Shown piece after piece: positions 60,613 to 64,000 of a stretch of DNA of 64,000 bases. The notes beneath the pieces are model-generated. The model saw only the letters and a list, made by a program, of their open reading frames with translations. It searched no databases and was not told where the DNA came from. Source of the DNA: Squalus acanthias (Eukaryota); NCBI GenBank assembly GCA_030390025.1, contig CM059438.1:70868001-70932000 (forward strand). Reading direction: 5' to 3'. How positions within the stretch are numbered: the first letter of the stretch is position 1; the number at the start of each line of letters is the position of its first letter. The position numbers and the translations under genes are program-made.

Positions 60613-63600
60613 CACATAAGAAATAGGAGCAGGAGTAGGCCAATTGGCCCCTCGAGCCTGCTCCGCCATTCAATAAGATCATGGCTGATCTGATCCTAAC
60701 CGCCAATCTACTATCACAGAACCATCTCCTGAACCTAACAGAATTGGACACACGAAATAGGAGCAGGATCAGGCTACATGGCCCCTGGGCCCGCTACGCT
60801 ACCCACAGGGCCATGACCGATCCGAACCTAGACTCATGTCCAAATTCCTGCCCGCTCCCCGTAACCCTTAATTCCCTTTACTTCTAGGAAACTGTCTATT
60901 TCAGTTTTAAATTTATGTAATGATGTAGCTTCTACAGCTTTTTGGGGCAGCATATTCCATGGACCTACCACCCTCTGAGTGAAGTAGTTCCTTCTCATCT
61001 CAGTTTTGAAAGAGCAGCCCCTTATTCTTAGACTATGCCCCCTAGTTCTAGTTTCACCCATCATCGGGGACATCCTCCCCGCATCCACCCGATCCAACCC
61101 CTTCACAATCTTATATGTTTCAATAAGATCGCCTCTCATTCTTCTGAACTCCAATGAGTAGAGTCCTAATCTACTCAACCTCTCCTCATATGTCCATCCC
61201 CTCATCCCCGGGATTAACCGAGTGAACCTTCTTTGTACTGACTCGACAGCAAGTATGTCTTTTCTTAAGTATGGACACCAAAACTGTATGCAGTATTCCA
61301 GGTGCGGTCTCACCAATACCTTGTACAACTGAAGCAATACCTCTCTATTTTTATATTCTATCCCCTTAGCAATGAAAGCCAACATTCCATTGGCCTTCTT
61401 AATCACTTGCTGCACCTGCATACTAACCTCTTGAGTTTCGTGCACCAGGACCCCCAGATCCCTTTGTAATTTAGTACTTTCCAGTTTCTTGCCATTTAGA
61501 TAATAACTTGCTCTACTATTTTTCCTGCCAAAGTGCATAACCTCACACTTTCCAGTATTGTATTCCATCTGCCAAATCTCTGCCCACTTATTTAGCCTGT
61601 CTATGTCCCCTTGCAGATTTTTTATGTCCTCCTCACTCACTTCTTTCCCTCCCATCTTAGTATCATCTGCAAACTTTGATATGTTACACTCGGTCCCCTC
61701 CTCCAAATCGTTAATATAGATTGTAAAGAGTTGGGGACCCAGCACTGACCCCTGCGGAACACTACTAGTTACTGATTGCCAGTCTGAGAATGAACCATTT
61801 ATCCCAACTCTCTGCCTTCTGTTAGATAGCCAATCCTCTATCCATGCCAGAATATTAACCCCAATCCCGTGATTTTTTATCTTAAGCAATAATCTTTTGT
61901 GTGGCACCTTGTCAAATGCCTTTTGGAAGTCTAAATACACCACATCCACTGGTTCCCCTTTATCCACCCTGTGTGTTACTTCCTCAAAGAACTCCAGCAA
62001 ATTTGTCAAACATGACTTCCCCTACATAAAACCATGCTGACTTTGTCCTATTAAATTATGATTATCCAAATGTCCCGTTACTGTCTCCTTAATAATGGAC
62101 TCCAAAATTTTACCTACCACAGATATAGTTTCCAGCCTTCTGTCTACTGCCCTTTTTAAATAAGGGTGTTACATTAGCAGTTTTCCAGTCTGCCGGGATC
62201 TTTGCTGAGTCCAGGGAGTTTTGGAAAATTATTACCAATGCATCCACAATCCCTACCGTCACTTCCCAGAAGACCCTAGGATGTAAGCCATCAGGTCCAG
62301 GGGATTTATCCGCCTTGAGAGCCATTATTTTACCGAGTACCACTTCCTTAGTGATTTTGATCGTGTTTAGCTCCTCCCCCCCCCCCCCCCCCTATAGCCT
62401 CCTGTTTGTCCAGTGTTGGGATATTCTTAGTGTCCTCTACTGTAAAGACTGATACAAAATATTCATTCATAGAAACATAGAAACTAGGAGCAGGAGTAGG
62501 CCATTCGGCCCGTCGAGCCTGCTCCACCATTCAATACGTATTTGCCATGTCCATATTTCCCACCATTAATTTCCCGGTCTCATCCTCTAAGGGACCAACA
62601 TTTACTTTAGCCACACTTTTTCTTTTTATATAACTATAAAAACTCTTACTATCTGTTTTTATATTTTTTGCTAATTTACTTTCATAATCTATCTTCCCTT
62701 TCTTAATCAATCTTTTTGTTATTTTTTGCTGTCTTTTAAAGTTTTCCCAATCCTCTATCCTCCCACTAGATTTGGCTACCTTATAAGCCCTTGTTTTTAG
62801 TCGAATACTATCCTTAATTTCTTTACTTAGCCACGGATGACTGTCTTTTCTTTTACACCCTTTTCTTCTCAGTGGAATATATATTTTTTGGAAGTTGTAA
62901 AATAACTCCTTAAATGTACACCACTGATCATGTATCGTCTTACCCTTTAATCTATTTTCCCAATCCACTCTACTAAATTCCGCTCGCATACCTTCATAGT
63001 CTCCTTTATTCAAGCTTAGCACGCTTGTTTGAGATCCAACCTTCTCACCCTCTAATTGAATATGGAATTCAACCATGTTATGGTCACTCATTCCAAGGGG
63101 ATCCTTTACTAGGACATTTTTAATTAATCCTGTCTCGTTACACAGGACCAGATCTAAGGTTGCTTGCCCCCTGGTCGGTTCAGTTACATACTGCTCAAGA
63201 AACCCATCCCTAATACACTCAATTAACTCATCCTCAAGGCAGCCCTGCCCAATTTGATTTGTCCAATTAATATGATAGTTAAAATCCCCCATAATTATAG
63301 ATGTTCCCTTATTACAAGCCTCAACTATTTCCTGATTGATACTCCGTCCAACAGAGTTGCAACTATTCGGAGGCCTATAGACTACGCCCACTAGTGTTTT
63401 TTTCCCCTTATTATTTCTTATCTCCACCCAAACTGTTTCATTATCCTGATCTTTTGACCCAATATCATTTCTCTGTATTACAGTGATTCCTTCCTTTATT
63501 AACATAGCCACCCCACCTCCCCTTCCTTCCTGCCTGTCCTTCCTGATCGTTAAATAACCTGGTATGTTTAATTCGCAGGCATTGTCACCCTGCAGCCATG

Positions 63601-64000
63601 TTTCTGTAATGGCCACAAGATCATACCCATATGTAGTTATCTGTCCCATTAACTCGTCTATTTTGTTACGAATGCTACGTGCATTCAGATAGAGAACTTT
63701 CAAATATGTTTTGTGACACTTAGTTCCTGCTTTTGCCCTTTTTATTACTTTACCTTTTATTCCATACCTTCTGCCCCTTCCTGACACACTCTGGTTTTTA
63801 ATTTCCCCACTGCTACCTAAGTCTGTGACCTTCTCTGTTGTCATTTTTATTATTTGCTCTCTAGGAACCTCCCCCCCACTAGTTAGTTTAAAGCCCTCGC
63901 TACAGCCCTAGTTATATGATCCGCCAGGACTCTAGTCCCAGCACTGGCCAAGTGAAGTCCATCCCAACGGAACAGCTCCCTCCTGCCCCAGTACTGGTGC
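60613..64000 (-). mobile_element. Long, relatively young CR1 LINE: ORF1 end, ORF2 (APE+RT), duplicated tail; runs off the window
   Basis: ORF1 C-terminus HQYWGRRELFRWDGLHLASAGTRVLADHITRAVARALN* (SGNH-esterase-type DGLH motif; stop at 63883-63885). APE ORF 62531-63844 (YLNARSIRNK, ITETWL, YRPPN, GDFN, SDH). RT ORF 60834-62009. Broken by a short tail insertion at about 62468-62537, a poly-C run and a small deletion near 62125. Confidence 0.95.

Noticed and set aside
1..64000. Prokaryote-style systems (CRISPR arrays, operons, defence islands)
   Set aside because: The sequence is clearly vertebrate intronic/intergenic DNA; no regularly spaced repeat-spacer array was seen.

Overview
Repeat-rich vertebrate genomic DNA, most likely from a cartilaginous fish (shark). 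This is inferred from the HER1/CR1-type LINEs, Deu-domain SINEs, Penelope tails and Harbinger families. The only host coding sequence I can support is the terminal coding exon of astrotactin-2 (ASTN2, + strand, 45080-45317), followed by an AT-rich, largely TE-free probable 3' UTR. I found no upstream ASTN2 exon, so 1-45079 appears to be part of one very large last intron. The rest is nested transposable elements: CR1 and L2 LINEs, SINEs, many non-autonomous PIF/Harbinger elements with TIRs and 3-bp TSDs, a decayed two-gene Harbinger (intron-containing Myb/SANT gene plus HARBI1-like transposase), three Penelope-like insertions and a probable solo LTR. The most unusual observations are: (i) an EN+RT LINE with no ORF1 whose 5' end is a tRNA-derived Pol III head; (ii) minimal hammerhead-ribozyme motifs in all three Penelope inserts; (iii) an inverted copy of neighbouring DNA inside a MITE; (iv) a local duplication just upstream of the ASTN2 acceptor that preserves both the empty and the filled site of a CR1 insertion; (v) a splice donor overlapping the ASTN2 stop codon. 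All family and gene names come from recognition by eye, not database searches. Boundaries of decayed repeats are approximate.
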